Shown here: piece by piece, positions 44,789 through 54,404 of the stretch
How positions within the stretch are numbered: the first letter of the stretch is position 1
Layout: the number at the start of each line of letters is the position of its first letter
Virus record (IMG/VR): IMGVR_UViG_3300031420_000498
Strand: one strand, 5' to 3'
DNA: 64,000 nt
Origin: a virus
Translations under genes and position numbers: made by a program
The notes under the pieces: model-generated
The model's database searches: none
What the model saw: only the letters and a program-made list of their open reading frames with translations
What the model was told of the DNA's origin: nothing

Positions 44789-45499
44789 TTGGCCATCGTC
44801 TACCGAGTGGAAACCCCCGAGGGATTCGGTCCCTACTCGAAGATCGCTCCCGAGCTCACCTCCCACGAGAATCACCGCAGTCCCAGGGCTGAGGGTATCG
44901 AGTTCCCCTACTACTGGTACTTCGGATTCCGGGATCTCAGCCTGCTCACGCTCTGGTTCTCAGCTGTCGAGCTCGAGGAGCTCAAGGAGTACGGCCAGAG
45001 CTGGCTCCTGAGCAAGTACGAGGTCCCAGATGACCAGCTCCTGAGCACAGCATACCAGACAGTCTTCGACCGCCGCAGCTCTCAGTCGAAGCTCCTCGGC
45101 TGTCTACCCTTGGACATGCTTGCTGGATCGCCTCGCGGGAGGCTCTCGAAGGAGCGAATCGCTGAGCTCGAGGAGAGCTTTCAGCCCCATGAGTACTGCG
45201 AGCCACGACCTCGCTTCGGCCTGTTCGAGAAGACCAAAACGCTCGGGCTCGACGAGGGGAAGTATACGCTTCAGGAGATCATCGAGAGCCTGGAGGAAGG
45301 GCGCTACTACAGCGCCGTACTGAAGTCGGAGGCCCGAGAGGATCCTGAGGGCTATCCCATCAGGTTCTTCCTCTTCAGGGGTGGATCGCTCTACCCACTG
45401 AGAGGAGCCAAGTTCCAGCCTTACTCAGCTGAGTTTCAGCCCCTCTCGGTGGAGATAGCTCTAGCCGACAAGCTCGACCTGAGCACCTTCGGAGCTTAG
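44789..45499 (+). CDS. phage-type hypothetical protein (VYRVE..GPY..FGF pattern)
   Basis: TTG start after GGA; overlaps the stop of the convergent nuclease gene. Confidence 0.65.
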   Translation: MAIVYRVETPEGFGPYSKIAPELTSHENHRSPRAEGIEFPYYWYFGFRDLSLLTLWFSAVELEELKEYGQSWLLSKYEVPDDQLLSTAYQTVFDRRSSQSKLLGCLPLDMLAGSPRGRLSKERIAELEESFQPHEYCEPRPRFGLFEKTKTLGLDEGKYTLQEIIESLEEGRYYSAVLKSEAREDPEGYPIRFFLFRGGSLYPLRGAKFQPYSAEFQPLSVEIALADKLDLSTFGA

Positions 45500-46266
45500 C
45501 CCTCGTCAGCCTCGGCGCTATCTGCAGCGCTGTCGTCAGCTACAGCAGGTGTCTGTGGCTCGAAGCGCAGCTTGAGCGCATCGTAGATCATCCTCAGGTC
45601 CGCCTCGTCCTCATAGTAGGAACTAGGGTCAAGGACGAACTTGATAGGATTCGGCACTGTCGGGAGGCCATTGTCATCGAAGATATAGCGGTCCCGATAG
45701 GAGCGGTTGATTTCATAGGGCTGCATCACCAGATTGTCGTCGGTGAGGGGCTTTCTTGGGTCCTTGTGGCCGCGCTCGAACTTACCCTTACTCATGGACT
45801 CGAAGAGTCTTCGCGAGCGGCTCACACTCGCATCTCTTCCAGCATCTGTGGTCAGATCCTGTGCGGAGTGAAGGTACTTGTCGCTGAAGGTGAGCGCTGC
45901 AAAGCCGTAAGCAGGGCTCTTCTCGGGGGTCTTGTCGAGCTTGATGCCCACTCGCTCAATCTTGTTGGCCCACTGGATGGAATCGCCACTAGTACGGCCG
46001 AGCTTCTCTCCGATTGCCGTCAGGTGAGAGCGGTCGAAGGCTAGACCGACATTGGCAGCGAAGAGCGCGATGATCTGATGGCTGATGTTCCGATCGCTTG
46101 GCTTCGAGGGGAGCTTCACGGTCGGATTCTTAGCGATGAACTTCTGCAGACCCTGTGGCCAAGATGTGGCCTTGGTGAAACCTGCGAGAACAGCGGCGAA
46201 CTGCGCGTCTGTTACCTTCTGAAGAATGCGATTGTTTTGTACCATGATGTTATTTCCTTCTGCCAT
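45496..46266 (-). CDS. HNH-like (beta-beta-alpha-Me) endonuclease, restriction-enzyme-like, no adjacent methyltransferase
   Basis: FERGHKDP..LTDDNLVMQPYEINRSYRDRY; lower GC than flanks. Confidence 0.55.
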   Translation of the reverse strand: MAEGNNIMVQNNRILQKVTDAQFAAVLAGFTKATSWPQGLQKFIAKNPTVKLPSKPSDRNISHQIIALFAANVGLAFDRSHLTAIGEKLGRTSGDSIQWANKIERVGIKLDKTPEKSPAYGFAALTFSDKYLHSAQDLTTDAGRDASVSRSRRLFESMSKGKFERGHKDPRKPLTDDNLVMQPYEINRSYRDRYIFDDNGLPTVPNPIKFVLDPSSYYEDEADLRMIYDALKLRFEPQTPAVADDSAADSAEADEG

Positions 46267-46581
46267 TCAAGGCGTTCGTTAAGGATGATTTCCTTACATT
46301 GAATATCGGCATAAGTACGGTCAAAACTGCATTTCCAGACAAATAGTTTGTGAGTTACATGTGAAACTGCGCTTTGCGGCTATTTCATCCTAGAGCAGCG
46401 TAGCTGTCGTACCGAAGGCATCCGGTGAAGCGCTATGGGGCCATCCCAAAGACAGCAGGAGCCTGCCTGAGGCGGCTACCCCATCAGCACATGCGACGAA
46501 TCGCGCTCAGTGTTCTCGGGGCTTAGAATGGAGACCTAAGAGACCGTTGCGCAGGCAGAGCGCAGGGTATAGGATCGAACC

Positions 46582-47067
46582 ATGAACGCCACCACAATCA
46601 CCAAGGCCTACGGGCTCACCATCGCCGGAGACGCAGTCGAAGGCTACCGGATCTACGACGAGCAGGGCAAGCGCCTTGTCTTCGGAGGCGAGGTCGTCGG
46701 TAAGTTCATCGACGAGCAGGACGCCAACCACTACGCCTACGACTACCAGCGGAAGATGAAGGACCCGAAGCCCTACATCGATCCCCGCACCATGGAGCGC
46801 TCCGCCACGAACAACGGCTACTACAACCCCCGGATCGTCTGGCCGGAGCACGATGGTCGGATGGTTCGCCGGGACCACCTCCGGCCGGGAGACATCGCGG
46901 TCTCGAGCCACTACGGCCCGAGCAAGGTCCTGAAGATCAGCCAGGGTGGCTACGACGGTCAGACCACGAGCATCACCTGGGAGGGTGGCTCGGAGCGCTT
47001 CCCCAAGACCGAGATCTACCCCAGCGACGGCACCATCGAGATGCTCTCCGAGGGCTGGACTCGCTGA
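46582..47067 (+). CDS. hypothetical protein, leaderless (MNATTIT)
   Basis: GTTGCG..TA-TAGGAT -6 nt- ATG. Confidence 0.75.
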   Translation: MNATTITKAYGLTIAGDAVEGYRIYDEQGKRLVFGGEVVGKFIDEQDANHYAYDYQRKMKDPKPYIDPRTMERSATNNGYYNPRIVWPEHDGRMVRRDHLRPGDIAVSSHYGPSKVLKISQGGYDGQTTSITWEGGSERFPKTEIYPSDGTIEMLSEGWTR

Positions 47068-47134
47068 CTCTGCTCCTCTGAAACCGCCCTTGATCTTTTG
47101 CTGGTCAGGGGCGGCTTCTCTTGGTTTGAGGCCG

Positions 47135-47169
47135 TTGACGGAAGCCTGTGGACAGTGTAAGATGGCTCC
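47135..47169 (+). promoter_or_regulatory. sigmaA-type promoter of a leaderless gene
   Basis: TTGACG (47135) -17 nt- TAAGAT (47158) -6 nt- ATG 47170. Confidence 0.8.
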
Positions 47170-47541
47170 ATGGACACCACAGAAACCAAGCGACCGAAGC
47201 GACTGGTCCACATCTTCTGCGAGATCAGCAAGCACGAGTACTGCGACAAGGGAGACCAGGATCAGTGCAAATGCCCCTGCCACTACGACACCGAGGTGCT
47301 CTACGGTAAGCACATCGCTGAGTTTGGCTACTCACTCTACCAGCTCAGCCGTAGCCTCCGGGGCGTCGGCCTCAGCGAAGAGTCCCGGCAGTCCCACTAC
47401 CTAAAGCTCATTCAGGCAGCCGATGGTACCGTTGATCTCGGGGAGCGCACTCCCGAAGATGTCCTGGCTGCACTGCAGCCAACCCTCAGCAGGGACTACT
47501 GGTCCCGGGGTGAAACCATGGCCGATCTCGGCTTGAAGTAA
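47170..47541 (+). CDS. hypothetical protein with Cys/His cluster, leaderless
   Basis: C..KH..C......CKCPCH. Confidence 0.7.
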   Translation: MDTTETKRPKRLVHIFCEISKHEYCDKGDQDQCKCPCHYDTEVLYGKHIAEFGYSLYQLSRSLRGVGLSEESRQSHYLKLIQAADGTVDLGERTPEDVLAALQPTLSRDYWSRGETMADLGLK

Positions 47542-47553
47542 GGAGTAAGATCC

Positions 47554-48135
47554 ATGGCCGATCGGGCAACAGTAGAAGAGGTCCCCCTGGATCGCATCGA
47601 GGCCGTCGGTCAGATGCTCTACCTCTCGGGCGAAGAAACCAGCGACGAGGATCGAGCTGAGTACGAGGACTTCGTCGAGACCGTGAGCAAGGCCGTCAAC
47701 GAAAGCGAAGAGGTTCGCAAGATGATGGCCGTCTATCTCGGAATCATCGACAGGGTTGAAGCTGACAAGCTGGCAGCCGAGGCCTACGCCAATCCGGTGG
47801 AGGTTGTTCCAAAGCCCGATCCCGCTCGGGATGAACTCATCGAAGAGCTTCGCCAGCTCAACAGCGAGGCCACGAACTTCGATGTCCATCCCACAGTGGC
47901 GACCAAGATCTTCGGCGATGATGGAACCATTCTCGAGGAAGCAGCCGACTGGGGTACCAGTGACACGGTGATTCGAGAGGAGTCTTACAGCGTACTCTCT
48001 CAGGCGCTCATCGGTCGAGAGTGGCCCATGAACGGCGATAAGCTCACCGACGAGGAGTTCGACACATTCCTTGCCGACCTCAAGACAGCCCACGACGAGC
48101 TCCTCGCAGAGCTTCAGGTAGAGCAGAAGGACTGA
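47554..48135 (+). CDS. acidic hypothetical protein
   Basis: AAGGAG SD. Confidence 0.7.
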   Translation: MADRATVEEVPLDRIEAVGQMLYLSGEETSDEDRAEYEDFVETVSKAVNESEEVRKMMAVYLGIIDRVEADKLAAEAYANPVEVVPKPDPARDELIEELRQLNSEATNFDVHPTVATKIFGDDGTILEEAADWGTSDTVIREESYSVLSQALIGREWPMNGDKLTDEEFDTFLADLKTAHDELLAELQVEQKD

Positions 48136-48140
48136 TTTCA

Positions 48141-48641
48141 GTGGTAGCAGATTTCTCCAGGGCACTCGTCGAGGACATCGCCGGGCGAGTCTATGGAGCG
48201 GAGAAGAGCACCGACTCCGAGTCAAAGGCAGCAGTTCGCAGGACTCTCGTAGCCCTGGCTGAGAGCCCCATTGCTCAGCGAGAGCTGGGGCTGCGCTTCG
48301 GCCCTCAGGCGGTGGCTACTCAGAAGGCAGAGGTGATCTCTGAGAGCCTCGAGTCGATCCGGGAACTCATTGCTCAGGAGGGTGGCTTCGAGGTCTCCCC
48401 GAAGGTCATCGCTACTCTCTTCAACGGCGAGGACTATCTCCTCAGCGATGTCGAAGACTTCGGCCTGAGCGACCGGGACACCCGAGAGAATGTGCTCAAC
48501 TGCTTCGCCATCAACATCGGCTACGGTATCTGGCCCTACAACTCTGGGCTGGCCTTCGAGCGAGCTCAGTATGATGCAGGACTCGCAGGGCTCAAGGAGA
48601 AGCACGATGGTCTCTCGGACGCTCTCAAGCGCCGGCGCTGA
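48141..48641 (+). CDS. hypothetical protein
   Basis: In-operon spacing; shares 'L...I..xxWPxN' stretch with the upstream gene. Confidence 0.65.
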   Translation: MVADFSRALVEDIAGRVYGAEKSTDSESKAAVRRTLVALAESPIAQRELGLRFGPQAVATQKAEVISESLESIRELIAQEGGFEVSPKVIATLFNGEDYLLSDVEDFGLSDRDTRENVLNCFAINIGYGIWPYNSGLAFERAQYDAGLAGLKEKHDGLSDALKRRR

Positions 48642-48670
48642 GATAGTGTAGTAGGCAACACACCTCCGAT

Positions 48671-48710
48671 AGGCCGGAGGGCTCCAGTAACGGGGCCCTC
48701 CGGCCTTTTC
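48671..48710 (+). terminator. intrinsic terminator
   Basis: AGGCCGGAGGGCTCC / GGGGCCCTCCGGCCT + TTT. Confidence 0.7.
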
Positions 48711-48898
48711 GCGCAATTAGCATAGAGGCTCCTGAGATCCACACGGAAAGCTGGATCATGATATGCTACAGCTGAAGGACAAGGATGGTCCCTAGAACCC
48801 GAACAGACTAGGGCTCCCCATGGAGTCTGTTTCCCTGCGTCTTGCCGGTTCTAAACTCAGCCGAAGGATCGGCTAAGTTTTGGAAAAGTGGTTCACAG

Positions 48899-49657
48899 AT
48901 GAACAACCCGAAGAAGTCATCTCTAGATTCACGCCCCGGATCCCAGGAAGCTGGGTTTTCACTCATCGATGTGGTGGTCACTGTGGCCATCGTCGTCGCC
49001 CTCGCTGTAGGGGGCCTGATAGCCTACAGCAACATCACTCAAAATGCCAGGAACAGCGTGCTGGAATCTACAGCTACGACTGTTTACTGGAGCGTGCTCA
49101 CAGCCGATAGCCTGGGAACAGATCCGGGGGTGGTGATCGACTCCTATAACTCTCAGGCAGGGCCGAACGACCCAAGGGTAGATATGTGCCTGTCAACTAA
49201 GCCCTACGGAGTTGTCGCTTTCTACGGAGATGACAGCTCTAAGGGCGTGGTTCGAGGGAGCTGTGACGCCAAACAGAAGGTCCTGATCAGCTCAGACGAT
49301 CAGAAGGTCACAGAGCCGAAGATCCTCTCGGCTACCCCCGATCGGGGTAGCTCAACAGATCGAGTCGAGTACATGGTCTCTGGGCTCACCCGGGGCCAGG
49401 GCTACATGCTTACGCTGCGACTCGCTCCGGGGGACAGCCCCAACGGTTCCGTCCGAGCGATCCTTCCAAGCGGCGCTGAGAATAGGGCGATCTACTCTCA
49501 GGAGCCCATGGAGTTCGAGGTGATGTGGGTGGCTGATTCAGATCTTGATCAGCCCATTCGCTTCGACTCGGACTCCCACGATGTGCTCAATCGCTCCGGG
49601 GAAAGCTGGATGAGATCAGCCGACCTGAAGATCGTAGAGTCAACTCCAGATCAGTAG
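48899..49657 (+). CDS. type IV prepilin/pseudopilin-like protein
   Basis: Class III signal ..QEAG|FSLIDVVVTVAIVVALAVGGLIAY; start uncertain (48842 or 48899). Confidence 0.75.
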   Translation: MNNPKKSSLDSRPGSQEAGFSLIDVVVTVAIVVALAVGGLIAYSNITQNARNSVLESTATTVYWSVLTADSLGTDPGVVIDSYNSQAGPNDPRVDMCLSTKPYGVVAFYGDDSSKGVVRGSCDAKQKVLISSDDQKVTEPKILSATPDRGSSTDRVEYMVSGLTRGQGYMLTLRLAPGDSPNGSVRAILPSGAENRAIYSQEPMEFEVMWVADSDLDQPIRFDSDSHDVLNRSGESWMRSADLKIVESTPDQ

Positions 49658-49665
49658 GCTACCGT

Positions 49666-49710
49666 CTAGGCTGCTACAGCGAATGCGCCTGAATCGCTGT
49701 AGCAGCCTAG
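49666..49710. terminator. 17-bp inverted repeat
   Basis: CTAGGCTGCTACAGCGA / TCGCTGTAGCAGCCTAG. Confidence 0.7.
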
Positions 49711-49833
49711 CGCTCGCTTCGATGGGTACTCTAGGCCCGGCGAGGCCCATCGATAGATCCCGATGCCCATTGTGGATGGACTCGTTCACAGTGTATAGTA
49801 GGTAATCACCACCCTACGATCCAGGAGGATCCA

Positions 49834-50109
49834 GTGACTCGAGCAGAATCGAAGACCATCTCCGAAGGGTTCAGCGCTCCGGTAGAGCTCGCGGCCCTCA
49901 TGGAGTCAGTCAACGCAGCCTCCGACTTCGAGGAGTACTACGAGGCGAGCTCCCAGGCGCGGACTTACGGGCTCTACCTGCGACCCGGCTTCTACGGCCA
50001 GGGCCGGAAGATTCCCTCGACTCAGATCGAGGATGTGCGCAGCGCCAGTGATCAGGCTGCGCTCACTGGAATCCTCCTTGAGATCAACTACGGCGAGCAG
50101 GCCTTCTAA
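49834..50109 (+). CDS. hypothetical protein
   Basis: AGGAGG SD, GTG start. Confidence 0.65.
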   Translation: MTRAESKTISEGFSAPVELAALMESVNAASDFEEYYEASSQARTYGLYLRPGFYGQGRKIPSTQIEDVRSASDQAALTGILLEINYGEQAF

Positions 50110-50196
50110 AAGGTTGTGGTCAGACTGCCGGTTGCGGCGAGGAAGATAGCCGTGTAGGGCGTTTCTACCACATCCACCACAGTCCAGGAGGACACA

Positions 50197-50544
50197 ATGA
50201 ACAATTACGACGAGGACGCTCCAGTCCACGAGGAGTTCAACGCTCGCGCAGATGCCATCGTCTATCCGAGCGCTGACGCTTACCGGGGCCGCCAGGAAGC
50301 CCGCAATCAGGCCATGGGGATCTACCGGGCTGCCAACGCTGAGGTCACCCGAGACTTCGGCGCGGCGCTGGCACAGCGCTACATCGCGCCCACGGTTGAT
50401 TCCGCCCACCTGGAAGCAGTTGCTACCCCTGTCTTCCGGGCCGCCTGGGACCAGGGTCACTCTGCTGGCTACAGTGAGGTCGAGAACTACTACATCGACT
50501 ACGCTGAGATCGCGACCAACGCCTACACGGTCGCTCGGAGCTGA
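50197..50544 (+). CDS. hypothetical protein, paralog of 50724-51023
   Basis: AWDQGHSAGYSEVENYYIDYA. Confidence 0.75.
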   Translation: MNNYDEDAPVHEEFNARADAIVYPSADAYRGRQEARNQAMGIYRAANAEVTRDFGAALAQRYIAPTVDSAHLEAVATPVFRAAWDQGHSAGYSEVENYYIDYAEIATNAYTVARS

Positions 50545-50723
50545 GCTGCTCAGCTCTAGCAAGCTCAAGGAGGGTCCCGAAACACTGTGGCTTCGGGACC
50601 CTCCTTCTGTTGGCAAACTCATCCAGACTTCTTTCTCAGGAGAGTTGCACTGCTCCGGGCCGCCGTGTAATGTTCCTACTACACCGCACAAACACCACGC
50701 AGAACTTGAAGGAGAATCACATC

Positions 50724-51023
50724 ATGGACGCAGTCTACACCGCATTCCAGGCCCGCATCGACGCACTGGTCTCCCCGGGCCGCAGCGCTTCGGAGTACCC
50801 GGCCTACGCAGCTGCTGTCGCCGAGATCGACGCCGAGTTCCAGGAGGCCCTGGCCGCCGAATACCTCGGTGACATCGCCGAGTCCCGGATCGAGGCCATC
50901 GCCAACGGCGTCTACGCCCTGGCCTACGAGAACGGCCACGCTTCGGGCCGCTCCGAGGTTGAGAACCAGTACATCGATCTCGCCGACCTCGCGAACCTGG
51001 TCTACCGCACCGCCACGAGCTAA
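50724..51023 (+). CDS. hypothetical protein, paralog of 50197-50544
   Basis: AYENGHASGRSEVENQYIDLA. Confidence 0.75.
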   Translation: MDAVYTAFQARIDALVSPGRSASEYPAYAAAVAEIDAEFQEALAAEYLGDIAESRIEAIANGVYALAYENGHASGRSEVENQYIDLADLANLVYRTATS

Positions 51024-51183
51024 CAGCCTTCAGCTCGAAGCCAGAGCCCACGGTCTTTTCCCGGACCGTGGGCTCTGGCTCATTTCCCGGCCGATTGTGG
51101 AGGAGGCCGATCGGGTGTACAGTGAAACCACCGGGGACGAGCATGGTGTTCTCCACGGCCGATCTCTCAGAAGGAGTAAACAG

Positions 51184-51342
51184 ATGGCAACAGCGATCAG
51201 TGCCGATGTCCCCGTCGAGGACCGGCCAACGCCCCTCGCAGATCTCGTAGCCCAGTGCTCGCTCTGCCTCGATGAGTTCTCCAGCCCCTACGAGGCCTTC
51301 ATGCACGAGCAACTCGACCACGAGGGTGACGCGCCCGAGTAG
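51184..51342 (+). CDS. small CxxC..H protein (52 aa)
   Basis: AAGGAG SD; CSLC...FMHEQLDH. Confidence 0.55.
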   Translation: MATAISADVPVEDRPTPLADLVAQCSLCLDEFSSPYEAFMHEQLDHEGDAPE

Positions 51343-51414
51343 GATCAGTGCGCTCTTCGGGTGTGTCGATAGGTTAGCTCTGACAGTGGAAAGAGCAACC
51401 AAAGGAGATCCGCC

Positions 51415-51774
51415 ATGGCCACAGCAACTGCTCCCAAGATTGAGGTCTGGGAAGGCGTAGACGGAGGAGTGCTCTCCGCCAGCCACGCTCGAAGCGTCCA
51501 CGAGTTCGCCGAGGCAGTTGTCTTCGGTGGCGACGATGGTAGGCTCGACATCTTCTTCGATGAGGACAGGGACTACGATCAGACCACTCCGGACGAGCTC
51601 ATCGCTGAGATCGAGGCCTGGATCGATGCCCGTGACCCCCAGGGCTACCAGATTCCTCCCGAGCTCCTCGATCAGGAGCGCTGGAGTGACGAGGATGAGG
51701 CTCGCATCATCGACGCAGAGCTCGACGCCGACTCCCTCCCCGGCTATGTGAAGATCATCTCGGTGAGCTACTGA
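51415..51774 (+). CDS. acidic hypothetical protein
   Basis: AAAGGAG SD; D/E-rich. Confidence 0.7.
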   Translation: MATATAPKIEVWEGVDGGVLSASHARSVHEFAEAVVFGGDDGRLDIFFDEDRDYDQTTPDELIAEIEAWIDARDPQGYQIPPELLDQERWSDEDEARIIDAELDADSLPGYVKIISVSY

Positions 51775-51776
51775 TC

Positions 51777-52052
51777 ATGGAGTCCACCGCCATGCTCAAG
51801 GGGCTCGCAGCAGCTGAGGTACGAGAGCGTCGGCTCGCTGAGGAAGAGCGCATCGAAGTAGAACGCATCACCGAGAGCGCGCGGAAGGAGCTACCCACCG
51901 ACGGTGCTCCCATTTCCCTGGAGAAGTATCTCTTCGCCGTGAGCAGGTCAGCCCGCGTGGACCTCCTCGATGCAAAGCGTGCCCTGAGTCGGCTTCGGAG
52001 CTTCGGTGAGGCTGATTACAAGTTCGGGGTGGGAGTTTTCCGCAAGGGTTGA
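51777..52052 (+). CDS. hypothetical protein
   Basis: Follows upstream stop by 2 nt. Confidence 0.6.
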   Translation: MESTAMLKGLAAAEVRERRLAEEERIEVERITESARKELPTDGAPISLEKYLFAVSRSARVDLLDAKRALSRLRSFGEADYKFGVGVFRKG

Positions 52053-52261
52053 TTACCAGCACCCTCTAGGAGGCCCCGGGCATGACTCTAAGCGCCCGGG
52101 GCCTCCGCTATGCACATGCTTACGATGCTCCTCAGTCGGGACCTTAGAAACACAGCTACAGACTTTTGGCAGCCCGTTGACATTCTGAGATTGCCCGCGT
52201 AGGATCAGATCTGAACCACCACACCATCGTTCAGATTTTCCCGACGGGAGTACACCGCGCA

Positions 52262-52762
52262 ATGACCACCACCGAGAAGCGTGAGAAGATCTACCTCAAC
52301 CAGCTTCGCAGCCACGCCATCCGCAGCCCGGAGCTCATCGTCCCCGGCACTCGCGTGATCTTCGCCCACATCCCCGCGCACCTCGACGGCGACGCCTTCG
52401 AGGGCAAGGACTTCATCGACGGTGAGCTCGTGACGATCACTGCCGTGGCTGAGATGTCATTCATGGAGCTCCACCCCAGCGCTCCTGGTGGCTTCACCGG
52501 CGCAGACGAGAAGAACCTCGTCGTGCTCTTCGAGGACAGCAAGGGCCACCGGGGCTACCGCCACGCGGCCGACTGCGGCCTGATCCCCTACGGCATTCAC
52601 TTCAACTCAACCAACATCGTGGTGAGCGTGGACTGCCTCGAGTCCCGGGGCTGGGAACCCGTCCTCGAGCCCTCCGCTGGCTACCGCAAGGATCTCGAGC
52701 GCTACAATCGGCGCTTCAACAGCTGGGATGGCACCGCTCCCGGCTACGACCGGAACAACTGA
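52262..52762 (+). CDS. hypothetical protein, one copy of the PGxxVIxxH domain
   Basis: IYLNQLRSHAIRSPELIVPGTRVIFAHIP ... RHAADCGLIPY. Confidence 0.75.
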   Translation: MTTTEKREKIYLNQLRSHAIRSPELIVPGTRVIFAHIPAHLDGDAFEGKDFIDGELVTITAVAEMSFMELHPSAPGGFTGADEKNLVVLFEDSKGHRGYRHAADCGLIPYGIHFNSTNIVVSVDCLESRGWEPVLEPSAGYRKDLERYNRRFNSWDGTAPGYDRNN

Positions 52763-52772
52763 GGAGCACACC

Positions 52773-53801
52773 ATGAAGACCCTGCACATCGATGAGCTCC
52801 AGGAGTTCGCCCTCCGGGACATGAACCGGCTCAAGCCCGGCGCTGAGGCGCTTCAGGTCCACATCCCGGATCTCACACAGGATCCCGGATTCTACCGCTT
52901 CATTCGAGTTCCTTCCGCGGTTCGAGTGACCGTCGACCGGGTTGGCATGATGGCCTACCACGAGCTCGAGCCCGAGGCGCCTCGGAGCCCCGGGGACGAG
53001 AATCGAGTCCTCTCGGTCTACACCTACACGGCAGAGGATGGGCACTCGAGCTACCGCTTCACTTCGGACGCTGGCATCACGGCCTACGAATCGGGGATCT
53101 ACAACACATCCAACACCCTGGTGCTCCTGGAGGACCTGAAGGAGGCAGACATCGAGGTCTCCCTGGTTCCCTCCCCTCAGTACCAGGCAGCGCTCGATGC
53201 CGAGGAGGCAGAGCTCCGAGCCAAGAAGGAGGCCGAGGAGGCCTACGACAGCCCCGAAGCGGTCGCAGCCCGGGCTGCCGCCACCATGGAGAAGGCTGCC
53301 ATCAGTGGTCAGATCCACCTCAACGAGCTCAAGGACCTCGCGGTGCGGAATCCCGAGGAGCTCACCCCGGGCACCGAAGTGATCTTCGTCCACCTCCCTG
53401 ACCTCCGCCACCCAGAGGATCGGGATGCCAGGGACTCGGCCTACGCTCACGCAGGAATCGTCACCGAAGTCAAGGTCATGTACCCCAGTGACCTCTCCCC
53501 GAACCTCGATCGACTCAAGGGCGAGAAGGAGGACACGATGATCCTCTACAGCGAGGGCGATGACAAGCAGCGCCACCGCTACGCAGCTGATTCGGGCGTG
53601 ATTCCCTACAGCCACTCCGGAACCGGGAAGCCCTGGTACAACCCCACCAACTTCACGGTGCTCCTCGCTCCCCTCAACGAGGCTGGAATCGCTCCGGTCT
53701 TCGATGTGACCGAGGACTTCGCCGACCGGCTCGAGGACTACAACTCGAAGATCAAGGTCCGGGACTACGACGACTACTACCCCTGGGGTGACGAGTACTA
53801 A
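52773..53801 (+). CDS. hypothetical protein, two copies of the PGxxVIxxH domain
   Basis: LHIDEL..LKPGAEALQVHIP and IHLNEL..LTPGTEVIFVHLP ... RYAADSGVIPY. Confidence 0.75.
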   Translation: MKTLHIDELQEFALRDMNRLKPGAEALQVHIPDLTQDPGFYRFIRVPSAVRVTVDRVGMMAYHELEPEAPRSPGDENRVLSVYTYTAEDGHSSYRFTSDAGITAYESGIYNTSNTLVLLEDLKEADIEVSLVPSPQYQAALDAEEAELRAKKEAEEAYDSPEAVAARAAATMEKAAISGQIHLNELKDLAVRNPEELTPGTEVIFVHLPDLRHPEDRDARDSAYAHAGIVTEVKVMYPSDLSPNLDRLKGEKEDTMILYSEGDDKQRHRYAADSGVIPYSHSGTGKPWYNPTNFTVLLAPLNEAGIAPVFDVTEDFADRLEDYNSKIKVRDYDDYYPWGDEY

Positions 53802-53856
53802 GCCCCAGAGGCACCAGGCCGGCAATCCGCAGAACTGACTTTCAGAAAGTAGACAG

Positions 53857-54159
53857 ATGTTCGACAAGCAACGCATCCTCCACCACCTCCCCAGCGGTCA
53901 GCGTTGGATCATCCACCCGGACGACCTCGACGAGATCCTCGAGGATCAGAGCTGGAAGAAGGAAGACACCGAGCTCCTCACCGTGGATCAGGCAAAGCCC
54001 GATGAGGTTGCCGAGATGGTGGGCAACTGGTTCGAGGATGAGAACTACCACTCCCTGGCAGCGGCTCCCCACAGCTTCCTTCGGGAGATGAGGAAGGACG
54101 GCAGTTTCACTGAGGAGCAGCAGATCAAGGTCCTGAAGATGATCGCAGGCATGGGATGA
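53857..54159 (+). CDS. hypothetical protein
   Basis: ORF track, codon bias. Confidence 0.65.
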   Translation: MFDKQRILHHLPSGQRWIIHPDDLDEILEDQSWKKEDTELLTVDQAKPDEVAEMVGNWFEDENYHSLAAAPHSFLREMRKDGSFTEEQQIKVLKMIAGMG

Positions 54160-54404
54160 TCGGCCAGAAGACGCTCAAGCTTCCGGTGATTCGGGCTTCC
54201 CTGGTGAAGCTCGGCGCGGAGATGGGTCGACGCCAGAGATCGGGTGAGCTGGTGGTATTCCGGGCAGTGAAGCTCACCACCTACTGGACCGGTGTGCCAT
54301 CGAAGCTCGATGGCTACGCATCGGACTGGCACAGCTCCGAGAGGCGCTGGATCCCGGTCTCGGAGCTTGAGGCCGATCAGATAGAGCTCGAGCGCGTGGT
54401 CTGA
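54156..54404 (+). CDS. hypothetical protein
   Basis: ATGA overlap. Confidence 0.55.
   Translation: MIGQKTLKLPVIRASLVKLGAEMGRRQRSGELVVFRAVKLTTYWTGVPSKLDGYASDWHSSERRWIPVSELEADQIELERVV

Noticed and set aside
44789-45499. ADP-ribosyltransferase call for the VYRVE..GPY protein
   Set aside because: Only the R-containing first strand is suggestive; I could not identify the S and E motifs with confidence.
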